This document shows positions 35,695-47,784 of a stretch of 64,000 bases of DNA, in pieces. Made by a program: the position numbers and the translations under genes. Each line of letters begins with the position of its first letter. The stretch's first letter is position 1. Below the pieces are notes generated by a model. That model had not been told where the DNA came from, did no database searches, and was given only the letters and a program-made list of their open reading frames with translations. The DNA is from Squalus acanthias (Eukaryota), in contig JASTWF010000328.1 in NCBI GenBank assembly GCA_030390025.1, positions 372,001 to 436,000 on the forward strand, in the 5' to 3' direction.

Positions 35695-37295
35695 TGTTCG
35701 CACGTGATATCAAGAAATGGCTGACTGCACTGGATACAGCAAAGGCTATGGGCCCCGACAACATCCCAGCTATTGTGCTGAAGACTTGTGCTCCAGAACT
35801 AGTCGCGCCTCTAGCCAAGCTGTTCCAGTACAGCTACAACACTGGCATCTATCCGACAATGTGGAAAACTGCCCAGGTATGTCCTGTCCACAAAAAGCAG
35901 GACAAATCCAACCCGGCCAATTACCGCCCCATCAGTCTACCATCAATGAAGAGCAAAGTGATTGAAGGTGTCGTCGACAGTGCTATCAAGCGGCACTTAC
36001 TCACCAATAACCTGCTCACTGATGCCCAGTTTGGGTTCCGCCAAGACCACTCGCCTCCCGACCTCATTACAGCCTTGGTCCAAACATGGACAAAGGAGCT
36101 GAATTCCAGAGGAGAGGCGAGAGTGACTGCCCTTGACATCAAGGCAGCATTTCACCAAGTGTGGCATCAAGGAACCTTAGTAAAACTGAAGTCAATGGGA
36201 ATCAGGGGGAAAACTCTCCACTGGCTGGAGTCATACCTAGCACAATGGAAGATGGTTGTGGTGGTTGAAGGTCAATCATCACAGCCCCAGGACATCGCAG
36301 CAGGAGTTCCTCAGGGCAGTGTCCTTGGCCCAACCATCTTCAGCTGCTTCATCAATGACCTTCCCTCCAAACTAAGTTCAGAAATGGGAATGTTCGCTGA
36401 TGACTGCACAGTGTTCAGCGCCATTCACAACCCCTCAGATAATGAAGCAGTCCATGCCCGTATGCAACAAGACCTGGACGACGTCCAGGCTTGAGCTGAT
36501 AAGTGGCAGGTAACATTCGCGCCACAGAAGTGCCAGGCAATGACTATCTCCAACAAGCGAGAGTCTAACCACCTCCCCTTGACATTCAATGGCATTTTCA
36601 TCACCGAATCCCCCACCATCAACAACCTGGGGGGTCACCATTGATCAGAAACTTAACTGGACCAGCCACATAAATACTGTGGCAACAAGAGCAGGTCAGA
36701 GGCTAGGTATTCTGCGGCGAGTGTCTCACCTCCTGACTCCCCAAAGCCTTTCCATCTTCTACAAGTCACAAGTAAGGAGTGTGATGGAATACTCTCCACT
36801 TGCCTGGATGAGTGCAGCTCCAGCGACACTCAAGTAGCTCGACACCATCCAGGGCAAAGCAACCCGTTTGATTGGCACCCCATCCACCTTAAACATTCAC
36901 TCCCTCCACCACCGGCGAACCATGGCTGCAGTGTGTACCATCTACAAAATGCACTGCAGCAACTCGCCAAGGCTTCTTCGGCAGCACCTCCCAAACCCGC
37001 GACCTCTTCCACCTAGAAGGACAAAGGCAGCAGGCGCATGGGAACACCACAAACTCCAAGTTCCCCTCCAAGTCACACACCATCCTGACTTAGAAGTATA
37101 TCGCCGATCCTTCATTGTCGCTACTCAAAATCCTGGAACTCCCTCCCTGACAGCACTGTGGGAGTACCTTCACCACACGGACTGCAGCGGTTGAAGAAGG
37201 CGGCTCACACCACCTTCTCAAGGGCAATTAGGGATGGGCAATAAATCGTGGCCTTGCCAGCGACGCCAGATGCCATTAGCGAATAAAAATTAAAA
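35695..37295 (+). mobile_element. 5'-truncated 'family B' LINE (CR1/L2 group), RT region and 3' end
   Basis: [45 protein letters not shown]-rich end at ~37285-37299. Confidence 0.88.
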
Positions 37296-37689
37296 AAAAG
37301 TTTTATGTGATGGACAATGGAGGCATGGAACATGGAAAAGGATGCCAGATGAGACTATATAGAATGCTGTGGGAAGGTGAACGATGGACAAGGAAGGGTT
37401 ACACACCATGGTCACAGTCACAGAGATTGTCGTTTGTGACTGTTCAGGGCAGATTAGATTAACATCGAAACTGCAGCAGAGAAACAGTCCATTCGGCTCA
37501 AGTGGTCTATGCTGTGTCTATACTGCACGGGAGCCTCCTCCCACTCTAATTACATCTTGACACCGTGTCCACATATACGTTCGAGGGCGTTAGACTCGCG
37601 ACATCAATATTAAATAACATGCAGAACGCCGGAGGACCCATCCTCCTGGAATGAATTGAGCGAGTTTGTCGCACTCCCCTCACTTCAGA

Positions 37690-38640
37690 AAAAAATGAGG
37701 TCATTCACGTTGGAACTAAAAAGGATAGATCAGAGAATTTTCTAAATGGTTAGAAGTTAGGAACTATGGATGAGCAGAGAGAACTAGGGGTCCAAGTACA
37801 GAAATCACTAGAAGCTAGTTGATACCAAAAATAAGTAAAACGCTAATGGAATGTTGGGCTTTATCTCGAGGGCTGGAATACAAAGGGGTAGAAGTTCTGT
37901 TCCAGCTGTACAGAGCTCTGGTTAGACCACATTTAGAGAACCGCACCTCAAGAACAATATCTTGGCTTTGGAGATGGTGCAGCTCAGATTCACCAGAACG
38001 ATACTGGGGCTTAAAACTTTAAATTATGAGGATAGATTGCATTGACGAAGCTTTTATTCCCTTGATTATACAAAGTTAAGGGGTGATCTAATTGAGGTGT
38101 TTAAGATGATCAAAGGAATTGCTAGCATAGAAAGAGTTAAACTATGTCCTTTGGTGGACAAGTCCAGGAAAAGGGAGCATAACCTTAAACGCAGAGCGAG
38201 GCCGTTCAGGGGTGATGTTGGAAAGCATTTCTTCAGACACAGTGTAGTGGAAATCTGGAACACTCGCCCTCAGAAAGCTGGTGAGTTTCGGTCAATTGAA
38301 AATGACAAAACTGTCATTGATAGATTTATGTTAGGCAATGGTACTTAGATTTATGGAACCAAGGCGGGGAGATGGAGTTAAGATACAGCTCAGCCATGAT
38401 CGAATTGAAAGGAGTGAAGAGTGAATGAATGGCCAACTCCTGTTCCTATATTCCTATATTCCTATTCCTCTATTTATAAAGCCAATGGTCTCGTATACTT
38501 TTCTAAATGCTTAAGGCAATGGTACTTAGGGTTATAGAACCAAGGCGGGGAGATGGAGTTAAGATACAGCTCAGCCATGATCGAATTGAATGAAGGAACA
38601 AGCTAGAATGAATGAGTGGCCTACTCCTGTTGCTATGTCC
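37690..38640 (+). mobile_element. Decayed CR1 3' fragment with a ~180-bp tandem duplication of its 3' junction
   Basis: LYRALVRPHLE; 38331-38510 repeated at 38511-38690. Confidence 0.8.
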
Positions 38641-38644
38641 GTGT

Positions 38645-39780
38645 CTCTATTTATAAAGCCAATGCTCCCATATACGTTTCTAAAAGCCTTATCGTCCTGT
38701 CCTGCCACCGTCAAAGATTTCTGTATCTATACCCCAAGTTTTACTGTTCCTGCAACCCCTTTAAATTGTACAAGTTGGTTTAAATTGCATCGCCTCATTC
38801 TTCCTTCCAAAATGCAGCATTTCACACTTCTCTGCACTAAATTTCACCTGCCATGTGTCTACCCATTTCACCAGTGTCTCTATTTCCTCCTGAAGTCTTC
38901 TGCTATCCTCCTCACGGTTTACGACTTTTGTGAGATTCGTGCCATCGACAAACTTTTAAATTATGCCCTGTATACCTAAGTCCATGTCACTGAAATATAT
39001 CAAATAGCAGTGGTCCTAATACCGACCCCTGGGAACACTGTATACTTCCCTCCAGTGTTAACAATATCGGTTCACAACTACTGTCTGTTTTCTATCCCTT
39101 TGCCAATTTAGTATCCACGCTGCCACTGCTCCTTTAATATCATTGGCTTCAATTTTGTTAACCAGTCTATTATGAGGTACTTTATCAAACGCCTTCTGAA
39201 AGTCCATATACAGAACATCAACTGCACTACCTTCATCAACCCTCTCCTATTTCATCGCTTAGCTCATTCAAGTCAGCCAGACTTGATTTGCCTTTTAAAA
39301 AAAAAAAAAAAAAATCCGTTTTGGCTGTCGCTAATTAACCCATGTTCTTCCAACTGACAGTTAATTTTGTTTCGGAAATGTTGTCCCAAGGAGTTTCCTC
39401 AACACCGATGTTAAGCTGAGTCGCCTGTAGTTATTTGGTTCATCACTCTCCACTTTTTTGATCAGGGAAGTAACATTTCCAGCCCTCCCGTCCTCTGGCA
39501 TCTTTCCCATATCCAAGGATTGGAAGATTGAGGCAGAGCGGGTCACATTTCTACTTTGAGCCCTGCCAACCATTTTAGTATATCGTCCTAATCTATTTAT
39601 ATCCTCTCCAATTTCTCTACCACCCCCCTCCTTTACTGTACGATTGGCAGCATCCTCATTAATCGGCCCCGCCTTTCCTTGGACTATTCTTTCACACTTT
39701 ATATGTTTATAAAAGGAGTTAGTGTTCCCTATTATGTTACCGCTAATCATTTCTGATACATTCTCCTTGTCCCTCTGTTC
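38645..39780 (-). mobile_element. Old CR1 RT fragment
   Basis: Reverse of VDVLYMDFQKAFDKVPH and NYRRLSLTSV. Confidence 0.75.
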
Positions 39781-40181
39781 TTGCTGTTGTGTGTTTATTG
39801 CACTAGTGGCAGCGTTAGTGAAACAGCAAAGTGCTGAATTTTACAAAGACTCAAACTGGTACCGAATTAACTGAATCGCTTTTACATTTCCACAGTGGGG
39901 AAAGGAAAGGCCGCTGATTGATAGTTTCAATGGACGCACGTGCGCGGGCACACGCACAAATGGAGAATTATGATTGTAAAACAGCAGTCAAATCCACCAG
40001 TTGTATATTCATGGTGTTTTGAGATCCCAGAGCTACCAGCAGCTGTACTGATAGGGGAGGAGGGACTTGATATCATGTTTATCGAGGCAACGTTCTCCTC
40101 ATATTAATATTTCCGTCGAACCCTCCTATTAATATTGTATTTTTTACACAGCATCAGAATCTGGGAACGCCTGTCCCCACC

Positions 40182-40245
40182 ATGGCTGAAGGTCCAGACA
40201 GGGGAGAAGATCCAACATCTTCAACAAGAATGAGGAGGGACACAG
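40182..40245 (+). CDS. NLR-like gene, first coding exon, copy c (MAEGPDRGEDPTSSTRMRRDT; phase 1 end)
   Basis: Acceptor ACACAG ending 40151, CACCATGG, donor AG|GTAGAT at 40246. Confidence 0.8.
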
Positions 40246-40389
40246 GTAGATTCACAAAATACTTTAAATACAATTTCTGTCCCGACAAAGGGTCCAGATC
40301 TTGTGCCTGAACCTGTAGCTCATACAGGAAGAGGGAACAGGACAGGGGCTGAGTACAAAGAGGGGAGTGAGTGACCATCTAGAGGGACA

Positions 40390-41000
40390 GTGCAGTCACA
40401 GGTGGAGGAAGCCCCTGAGTACTGGAACTGTCCAATAGATACCTGGCTTTGGCTCTGTAAGTTGGATAGAGACAGTGACTCAGAGGATCGTCTTCCTGAG
40501 CAACAGTGTGGCACCAGGGAGCAGGAGGCCACCCAGCGGGGCGAGAGTGAGAGGCAGGTGGGGCACAGGAATAGGAGAGCGGTACTGGTGGCAGATTGTA
40601 TAGTCGGGGGAATGAACAACCTCTTCTGTACCCCTGAGCAGGTCCTGAATAGTTAGTTACCTCCCTGGTGCCAGTGGGAATAACATCTTTGACCGGGTGG
40701 GACCACCTCTGGGAAGCAAGGGAGAGCAGTAAATAGCTATGTTCGGAACCAGTAACACTGATAGAAATACCTTTATAGAGGGACTATTAAGACTGAGGCA
40801 CAAAACTAAGAAACCAGGGCTCAAGCTGTTGATCTCCAGATTGTTTTGCACTGGGCTGCTTAATACGGGTAATATGAGGCAGGTCATTGTGTGGCTGAAG
40901 GGCTGGAGCAGGAGGGGAGCGTTCACGTTCTTGGGGCACTAGAGTGAGTTCCGATGGAAGGGAAGGGACGACCGGCATCTGTACCGACCAACAATAATGG
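40390..41000 (+). mobile_element. Ancient CR1 ORF1 (esterase) remnant in intron; paralogous pieces at ~3340-3680 and ~9040-9400
   Basis: RAVLVADCIVGG / RAIVVGDSIVRG, LPGA, GTN, LLISRL, VWLKGW motifs. Confidence 0.6.
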
Positions 41001-41439
41001 TTTTACAGAAAAGGTGAATGGAGCAGTGGGAGGGTATCAGGGGATGTGACTGGAGATTGGGAAATATCCGGATCAGAGACGAGAGAGCGTAATTAATAAA
41101 AATGCTGGAGTTGAAACAGAAGATTTAAGAAATAGTGAAAAGTTATTGGCAAGAAAAAGGAAAGAAGATTTGAAATAGTGAGAGATAAACTTGTATTTTT
41201 AAAAAGAAGAAACGGGGACAAGTCAACATCTCAAATGTTGGAGCTAGTATTGAGTTGTGTATGTGAGTGTACAAATCATTCCAAACATTCAGAAGCATGA
41301 GAGATGTGATCTAGTATCTACAAGACAGGGCCTTGGTTTTCACAGGATTCAGAGGGAGATGTTTCTGGTGATAACATTTTGAGGGAAGAGCAAAAAATTT
41401 GTGGCCGCCAGTACCAATAAAGCGTTCTATGACAACGCA

Positions 41440-41630
41440 AGAACAACAAGAACAAACTGGTGTTTGTATAGCAACTTTAATGTTGAAAAACGTCTCAAGG
41501 TGCTTCACAGGAGTGTTACCAATCAAAATTTGACACCGAGTCACATGAGATATATTGGACAGGTAAAGTTTAAGGAACGTCTGAAAGGAGGAGAGCGAGA
41601 GAGAGAGGCGGAGGGGTTTAGAATATACGG
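41440..41630 (-). mobile_element. L2-type LINE 3' end fragment
   Basis: Reverse of GTGAAGCACCTTGAGACGTTTT..GCTATACAAACA plus (TTG)n tail; similar + strand tail at 53150-53225. Confidence 0.6.
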
Positions 41631-42234
41631 GTGTTCCAGGGAGCTATGCTAAGATGGAATCCATATGTTCGCAGTTCAGCAATAGTATGAGAGACAGCAC
41701 AATTCTCAGTGGGTTTTGCAGGTCAGCGAGCAGTGGAGGTGAGATAGAGGGGGGACTGGGGAAACTAGTTGTGGAGGATGAAATTTTGGGGAGATACAAA
41801 ATATTTCCTTTACTTTCTAAAAATGATGGTGGAAGTGAGAATGTTGATGTACTAGAGGAGGACGTGGGTCCATAGTTAGAGATCACTGTAGAGAAGGATT
41901 TGGATCTGAGTAAAATAGCCGAGGTGGAGAAGTTACTGGGCTCAGAGATAATGCACCCCAGGCTGTTAGAGGAAGTCAGAGAGGAGATAGGAGGGACTGA
42001 CCACAGCATTTCAACCCACGTTTAATATCAAAAATATACAGGTGGACTGAAGGAGCCCAAGTGATGATTCTGTTCTAATGTGGAGAGTGGATTAACCTGG
42101 TAACCAGAAAGCATTGTGTAGAAACTCCTCAAATGTGTTAATCCAGGACGAATTAGCGAGCATTTAGCGATAAAAAGGATGACGAGGGGAAGGTTGGAAC
42201 GGATTAGCTGCAGAAAAGTCGTATCTGACAATTT

Positions 42235-43170
42235 TACGAACAATGACGGACAGGTAAAGACCCTTTGGTCCATCCAGACTTTCCCAGGCAATTGCGATAC
42301 TTTGTCATACTTTGTTCTAGCTATCCCAAAAAAAAACATGGGTGAGGTGAAAAAAAACAGGTAAAAGCAGAGGCCAATTTGGGGGATAAAAATACAGGAA
42401 ATTCCTCTCCGACCCATCTAGGCGATTTAAACTTGTCCAGCAGATCAATCTTACACTGAATTCCCGGAAGTGTCCTCCTGTTGGAAGAGGTGATGTCCGC
42501 ACCAAACAGGAAGAGGTCCAGCTCTCGCCTGAAGGAATTCACCGAGTCAGTGTCCACCGCCAGAGAAGGTATCCTGTTCCAGAGGTCGACTATTCTCTGG
42601 GAAAAGAACCACCTCCTGACATCTAACTTAAAACTGGCCCTGCACAACTTAAAATTGTGAGCCCTGGCCCTCCGTAAGCTATGTAATTGGAACAAACTGT
42701 CAAATGAAACACAATCGATTCCCTTCATCTTATAAACTTCAATCAGATCACCGCTAAGTCTTTGCTTCTCTAAAGTGTAGAGTCCAAACTCTTAGCCTAT
42801 CTTGATAACTAAGTTGCTTTATACTGGGAATCAGTCTAATGTCCCTCCTCTGCAACAGTTTCAAAGCCTCAATATCACCCACCATGTGAAGAGACCAAAA
42901 CTGGACACAGTATTCCAAGTGAGGCCTTTACCAAGGTCTTGTACTAGGACAAAATAGGTCGTCTTATACCCAACTGTCCTATGAATACCCCAACACCCTC
43001 TTTGTTCTAGGTATCACTTCACGGAATTGCTCCTGTACCTTCAGAGATGTATCCAGTAGAATGCCCGGATCTTCCTTTCTCCCCCTTATTTAATGCCATG
43101 AAGGGTGTATGAATGTTGAGCGTTCGCACTGCCCACAGGCACAACACGGCACTTCTCCAAGCTAAACATC
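42235..43170 (-). mobile_element. Old CR1 3' fragment, distinct subfamily
   Basis: Reverse of LVRPHLEYCVQFWS, DLIEVYK, FFSQRIVDLWN. Confidence 0.8.
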
Positions 43171-43364
43171 ATTTGCCAGTCATGAGCTCAATCTCCCAAC
43201 ACATTAAGATGCAGTTTTGTTGAGATGTGACTACACAGGTTGATGGAATGTTGTACATGTTGTGTATGTGGGTTATCAGAAGGTGTTTGATAATGTGGCT
43301 CACAGGAAGCTTCAGCCGTTTGTTATACGATGAAATGTAGCCGCCCAGGTACAAAGTGGATAAT

Positions 43365-43878
43365 GGCCCAAAAATTCGGCTGAATACGGGAGAGTACGAA
43401 CTGTGTACTCTCGCGTATTCAGTCCCGAAGTGCCGGTTTCCTGCATGCACTGCGCATGCGTGGGAAACCGGCACTTCCGGTATGGCGAAGGTGGCGGTTC
43501 CTAAGTGAAATTTTTGTTTAAAGTGGTTAATTTATTTAACTATAGTTATTTTATTAATGTGATGGTTTTTTTTTTTAAATTTATTTGAGGTTCAGCTGTT
43601 CTTTTGGGGCAATTTGTTTTCATAGTTTTGACAGTTCTCCTGTCAAATCTATGAATGAAAGATGGTGTGCTGCCATTTGCTCTCCATGGCCCACGTGATC
43701 CCAGAGGTCGCATCGAACTAACTGCGCCTCTGGGACACGCACACACTGCGCGCCGGCACCAGGGAGAGGCCCAGGACCCAAAGTTCGTGTGGGCCCGAAA
43801 CACAACGGCAGGCACGGTAGGTAAGATCGCGCGCGATCCTTACCCCTGCGGCAAGCCTCCGAGTCAAATTTCTGGGCC
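43365..43878. mobile_element. Non-autonomous DNA transposon (PIF/Harbinger-like MITE), 514 bp
   Basis: TIRs GGCCCAAAAATT...AATTTCTGGGCC; 3-bp TSD AAT (43362-64 and 43879-81); subterminal hairpins. Confidence 0.75.
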
Positions 43879-43911
43879 AATGTGTTTAGTTTTCTTCATT
43901 TGTGTTCACAG

Positions 43912-44078
43912 ATCCGAACTCTACAATCACTGAGTTCTTGACAAAGTTCGACGATTACCAGCTGTTCCAGTTCACGAAATTCTACCGGGACAGACTGGAA
44001 CAGGCGATGGAAGGAGGGGTGGACGGAGTCAGCTCGTTGTTAACATACGAGAGGCATTTCAGTGGACAAGAACATCGG
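43912..44078 (+). CDS. NLR-like gene, second coding exon, copy b (DPNSTITEFLTKFDDYQLFQFTKFYRDRLEQAMEGGVDGVSSLLTYERHFSGQEHR)
   Basis: Acceptor TTCACAG, donor GG|GTGAGT, 167 nt, phase 1 to 0. Confidence 0.85.
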
Positions 44079-44719
44079 GTGAGTGGGAGGGACACAGAAT
44101 GAGTTTGGATTATCCAAACATCACAGAACTGACAGGAAATCGGATCTTAGAATCAGAGAATGTTACTGAAGTCAAATAGGAAAGAAATAGATAAAACTGT
44201 AAATATTGTGAATCTGAAACAATGATATGAAGAGGTGAAAATACCCAGCGGATCCGACAGTATCTGTACAAAGGACAGGGGAACGGTTGGGGTATAACTC
44301 TTTGTGGACTGAAAACAAAGGGAAACCGTTTTAGTGGGACTGAGAAAAGGAGAGACGAGAGGCAACAGACAGGGATTAAAGGGAAGGTCATGAGTTTACT
44401 GACCTGGAAAGTACTTAATGTAAATTAAGGAACCAAGAGATGACAAAAATCATCTGTGGAGTAAAGGAGAGGCATTTCAATAACAAAAACAAAATGGTAA
44501 AATGGTTAAAATGTATGAGACTCGAACAGGGAAAGTAAACCCCCAAAAATGAGGATTGAAAACCCGACGATGTGCAGGTTTTTCCTCCCCCTGCATCACC
44601 GGGGGTCAATTCCAACTTCGACAGAGACTCAATCCGGGCGGTAGAACCTGTCGTGGAGCGTCACTCCCCGGGACAGCACTTCAGGAAATTACAGCAAGCA
44701 GCCTGTAATATTCTGTCAG

Positions 44720-47710
44720 TTACCTGTAATGGAATAGAACTAAATGGAAATGATAATGAAACATGGCTGCAGGGTGACAATGCCTGGGAATTAAACATAC
44801 CAGGTTATTTAACGATCAGGAAGGACAGGCAGGAAGGAAGGGGAGGTGGGGTGGCTATGTTAATAAAGGAAGGAATCACTGTAATACAGAGTAATGATAT
44901 TGGGTCAAAAAATCATGATAATGAAACAGTTTGGGTGGAGATAAGGAATAATAAGGGGAAAAAAACATTAGTGGGCGTAGTCTATAGGCCTCCGAACAGT
45001 TGCAACTCTATTGGACGGAGTATCAATCAGGAAATAGTTGAGGCATGTAATAAGGGAACATCTATAATTATGGGGGATTTTAACTATCATATTAATTGGA
45101 CAAATCAAATGGGGCAGGGCTGCCTTGAGGATGAGTTCATTGAGTGTATTAGGGATGGGTTTCTTGAGCAGTATGTAACTGAACCGACCAGGGGGCAAGC
45201 AACCTTGGATCTGGTCCTGTGTAACGAGACAGGATTAATTAAAAATGTCCTAGTAAAGGATCCCCTTGGAATGAGTGACCATAACATGGTTGAATTCCAT
45301 ATTCAATTAGAGGGTGAGAAGGTTGGATCTCAAACAAGCGTGCTAAGCTTGAATAAAGGAGACTATGAAGGTATGCGAGCGGAATTGAGTAGAGTGGATT
45401 GGGAAAATAGATTAAAGGGTAAGACGACACATGATCAGTGGTGTACATTCAAGGAGTTATTTTACAACTTCCAAAAAAATATATTCCACTGAAAAGAAAA
45501 GGGTGTAAAAGAAAGGACAGTCATCCGTGGCTAAGTAAAGAAATTAAGGATAGTATTCGACTAAAAACAAGGGCATATAAGGTAGCGAAATCTAGTGGGA
45601 GGACAGAGGATTGGGAAAACTTTAAAAGGCAGCAAAAAATAACAAAAAGATTGATTAAGAAAGGGAAGATAGATTATGAAAGTAAATTAGCAAAAAATAT
45701 AAAAACAGATAGTAAGAGTTTTTATAGTTATATAAAAAGAAAAAGGGTGGCTAAAGTAAATGTTGGTCCCTTAGAGGATGAGACCGGGAAATTAATGGTG
45801 GGAAATATGGAGATGGCAAAAACACTGAATGAATATTTTGTATCAGTCTTTACAGTAGAGGACACTAAGAATATCCCAACACTGGACAAACAGGGGGCTA
45901 TAGGGGGAGAGGAGCTAAACACGATCAAAATCACTAAGGAAGTGGTACTCGGTAAAATAATGGGACTCAAGGCGGATAAATCACCTGGACCTGATGGCTT
46001 ACATCCTAGAGTCTTGAAGGAAGTGGCGGTAGGGATTGTAGATGCATTGGTAATAATTTTTCAAAACTCCCTGGATTCCGCTAAGGTCCCGGCAGACTGG
46101 AAAACTGCTAATGTAACACCCTTATTTAAAAAGGGCAGTAGACAGAAGGCTGGTAACTATAGACCGGTTAGCCTAACATCTGTGGTAGGTAAAATTTTGG
46201 AGTCCATTATTAAGGAAACAGTAACAGGACATTTGGATAATCATAATTTAATAGGACAAAGTCAGCATGGTTTTACGAAGGGGAAGTCATGTTTGACAAA
46301 TTTGCTGGAGTTCTTTGAGGAAGTAACATATAGAGTGGATAAAGGGGAACCAGTGGACGTAGTGTATTTAGACTTCCAAAAGGCATTTGACAAGGTGCCA
46401 CACAAAAGATTATTGCTTAAGGTAAAAAATCACGGAATTGGGGGTAATATTCTGGCATGGATAGAGGATTGGCTATCTAACAGAAAGCAAAGAGTTGGGA
46501 TAAATGGTTCATTCTCAGACTGGCAATCAGTAACTAGTGGTGTTCCACAGGGGTCAGTGCTGGGTCCCCAACTCTTCACAATCTATATTAACGATTTGGA
46601 GGAAGGGACCAAGTGTAACATATCAAAATTTGCAGATGATACAAAGATGGGAGGGAAAGTAGTGAATGAGGAGGACATAAAAAACCTGCAAGGGGACATA
46701 GACAGGCTAAGTAAGTGGGCAGAGATTTGGCAGATGGAATACAACACTGTGTGAGGTGATGCACTTTGGCAGGAAAAATCCTAGAGCAATTTATTATCTT
46801 AATGGCAAGAAACTGGAGAGTACTGAAGTGCAAAGGGATCTGGGGGTCCTGGTGCACGAAACTCAAAAGGTTAGTATGCAGGTGCAGCAAGTGATTAAGA
46901 AGGCAAATGGAATGTTGGCTTTCATTGCTAGGGGGATAGAATATAAAAATAGGGAGGTATTGCTTCAGTTGTACAAGGTATTGGTGAGACCGCACCTGGA
47001 ATACTGCATACAGTTTTGGTGTCCTTACTTAAGGAAAGACATCCTTGCTCTCGAGGCAGTGCAAAAAAGGTTCATTCGGTTAATCCCGGGGATGAGGGGG
47101 TGGTCATATGAGGAGAGGTTGGGTAGATTGGGACTCTACTCATTGGAGTTCAGAAGAATGAGAGGCGATCTTATTGAAACATATAAGATTGTGAAGGGGT
47201 TGGATCGGGTGGATGCGGGGAGGATGTTCCCGATGACGGGTGAGACGAGAACTAGGGGACATAGTCTTAGAATAAGGGGCTGCTCTTTCAAAACTGAGAT
47301 GAGGAGGAACTACTTCACTCAGAGGGTGGTAGGTCCATGGAATATGCTGCCACAAAAAGCTGTAGAAGCTACAACATTAATTAAATTTAAAACAGAAATA
47401 GACAGTTTCCTAGAAGTAAAGGGCATTAAGGGTTACGGGGAGCGGGCAGGAATTTGGACATGAGTCTAGGTTCGGATCGGTCATGGCCCTGTGGGTAGTG
47501 GAGCGGGCCCAGGGACTGTGTAGCCTGATTCTGCTCCTATTTCGTGTGTGCAATTCTGTTAGATGCAGGAGATGGTTCTGTGATAGATAGTAGATTGGCG
47601 GTTAGGATCAGATCAGCCATGATCTTATTGAATGGCGGAGCAGGCTCGAGGGGCCGATTGGCCTACTCCTGCTCCTATTTCTTATGTTCTTATGTTCTTA
47701 TGTTCTTATA
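44720..47710 (+). mobile_element. Young CR1 LINE, nearly complete ORF2 with two frameshifts
   Basis: ETWLQG, YRPP, GDFN, SDH and RT motifs in ORFs 44572-45492, 45438-46754, 46756-47463; (TTCTTATG)n tail. Confidence 0.95.
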
Positions 47711-47784
47711 ACCGGGCAGGGTTTACAATGGACGGTCGACCTGCTACCAACTTTCCAAGTTGATAATATAGGAAACTTACTCAC

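Noticed and set aside
39800..39960. IRF/ISRE-like GAAAGGAAA and E-box CACGTG upstream of exon 1c
   Set aside because: Spacing does not fit GAAANNGAAA, and short motifs are expected by chance
44572..47463. Intact autonomous CR1
   Set aside because: Two frameshifts (~45480 and ~46750) and no ORF1 or 5'UTR, although the A-run frameshift could be a sequencing error
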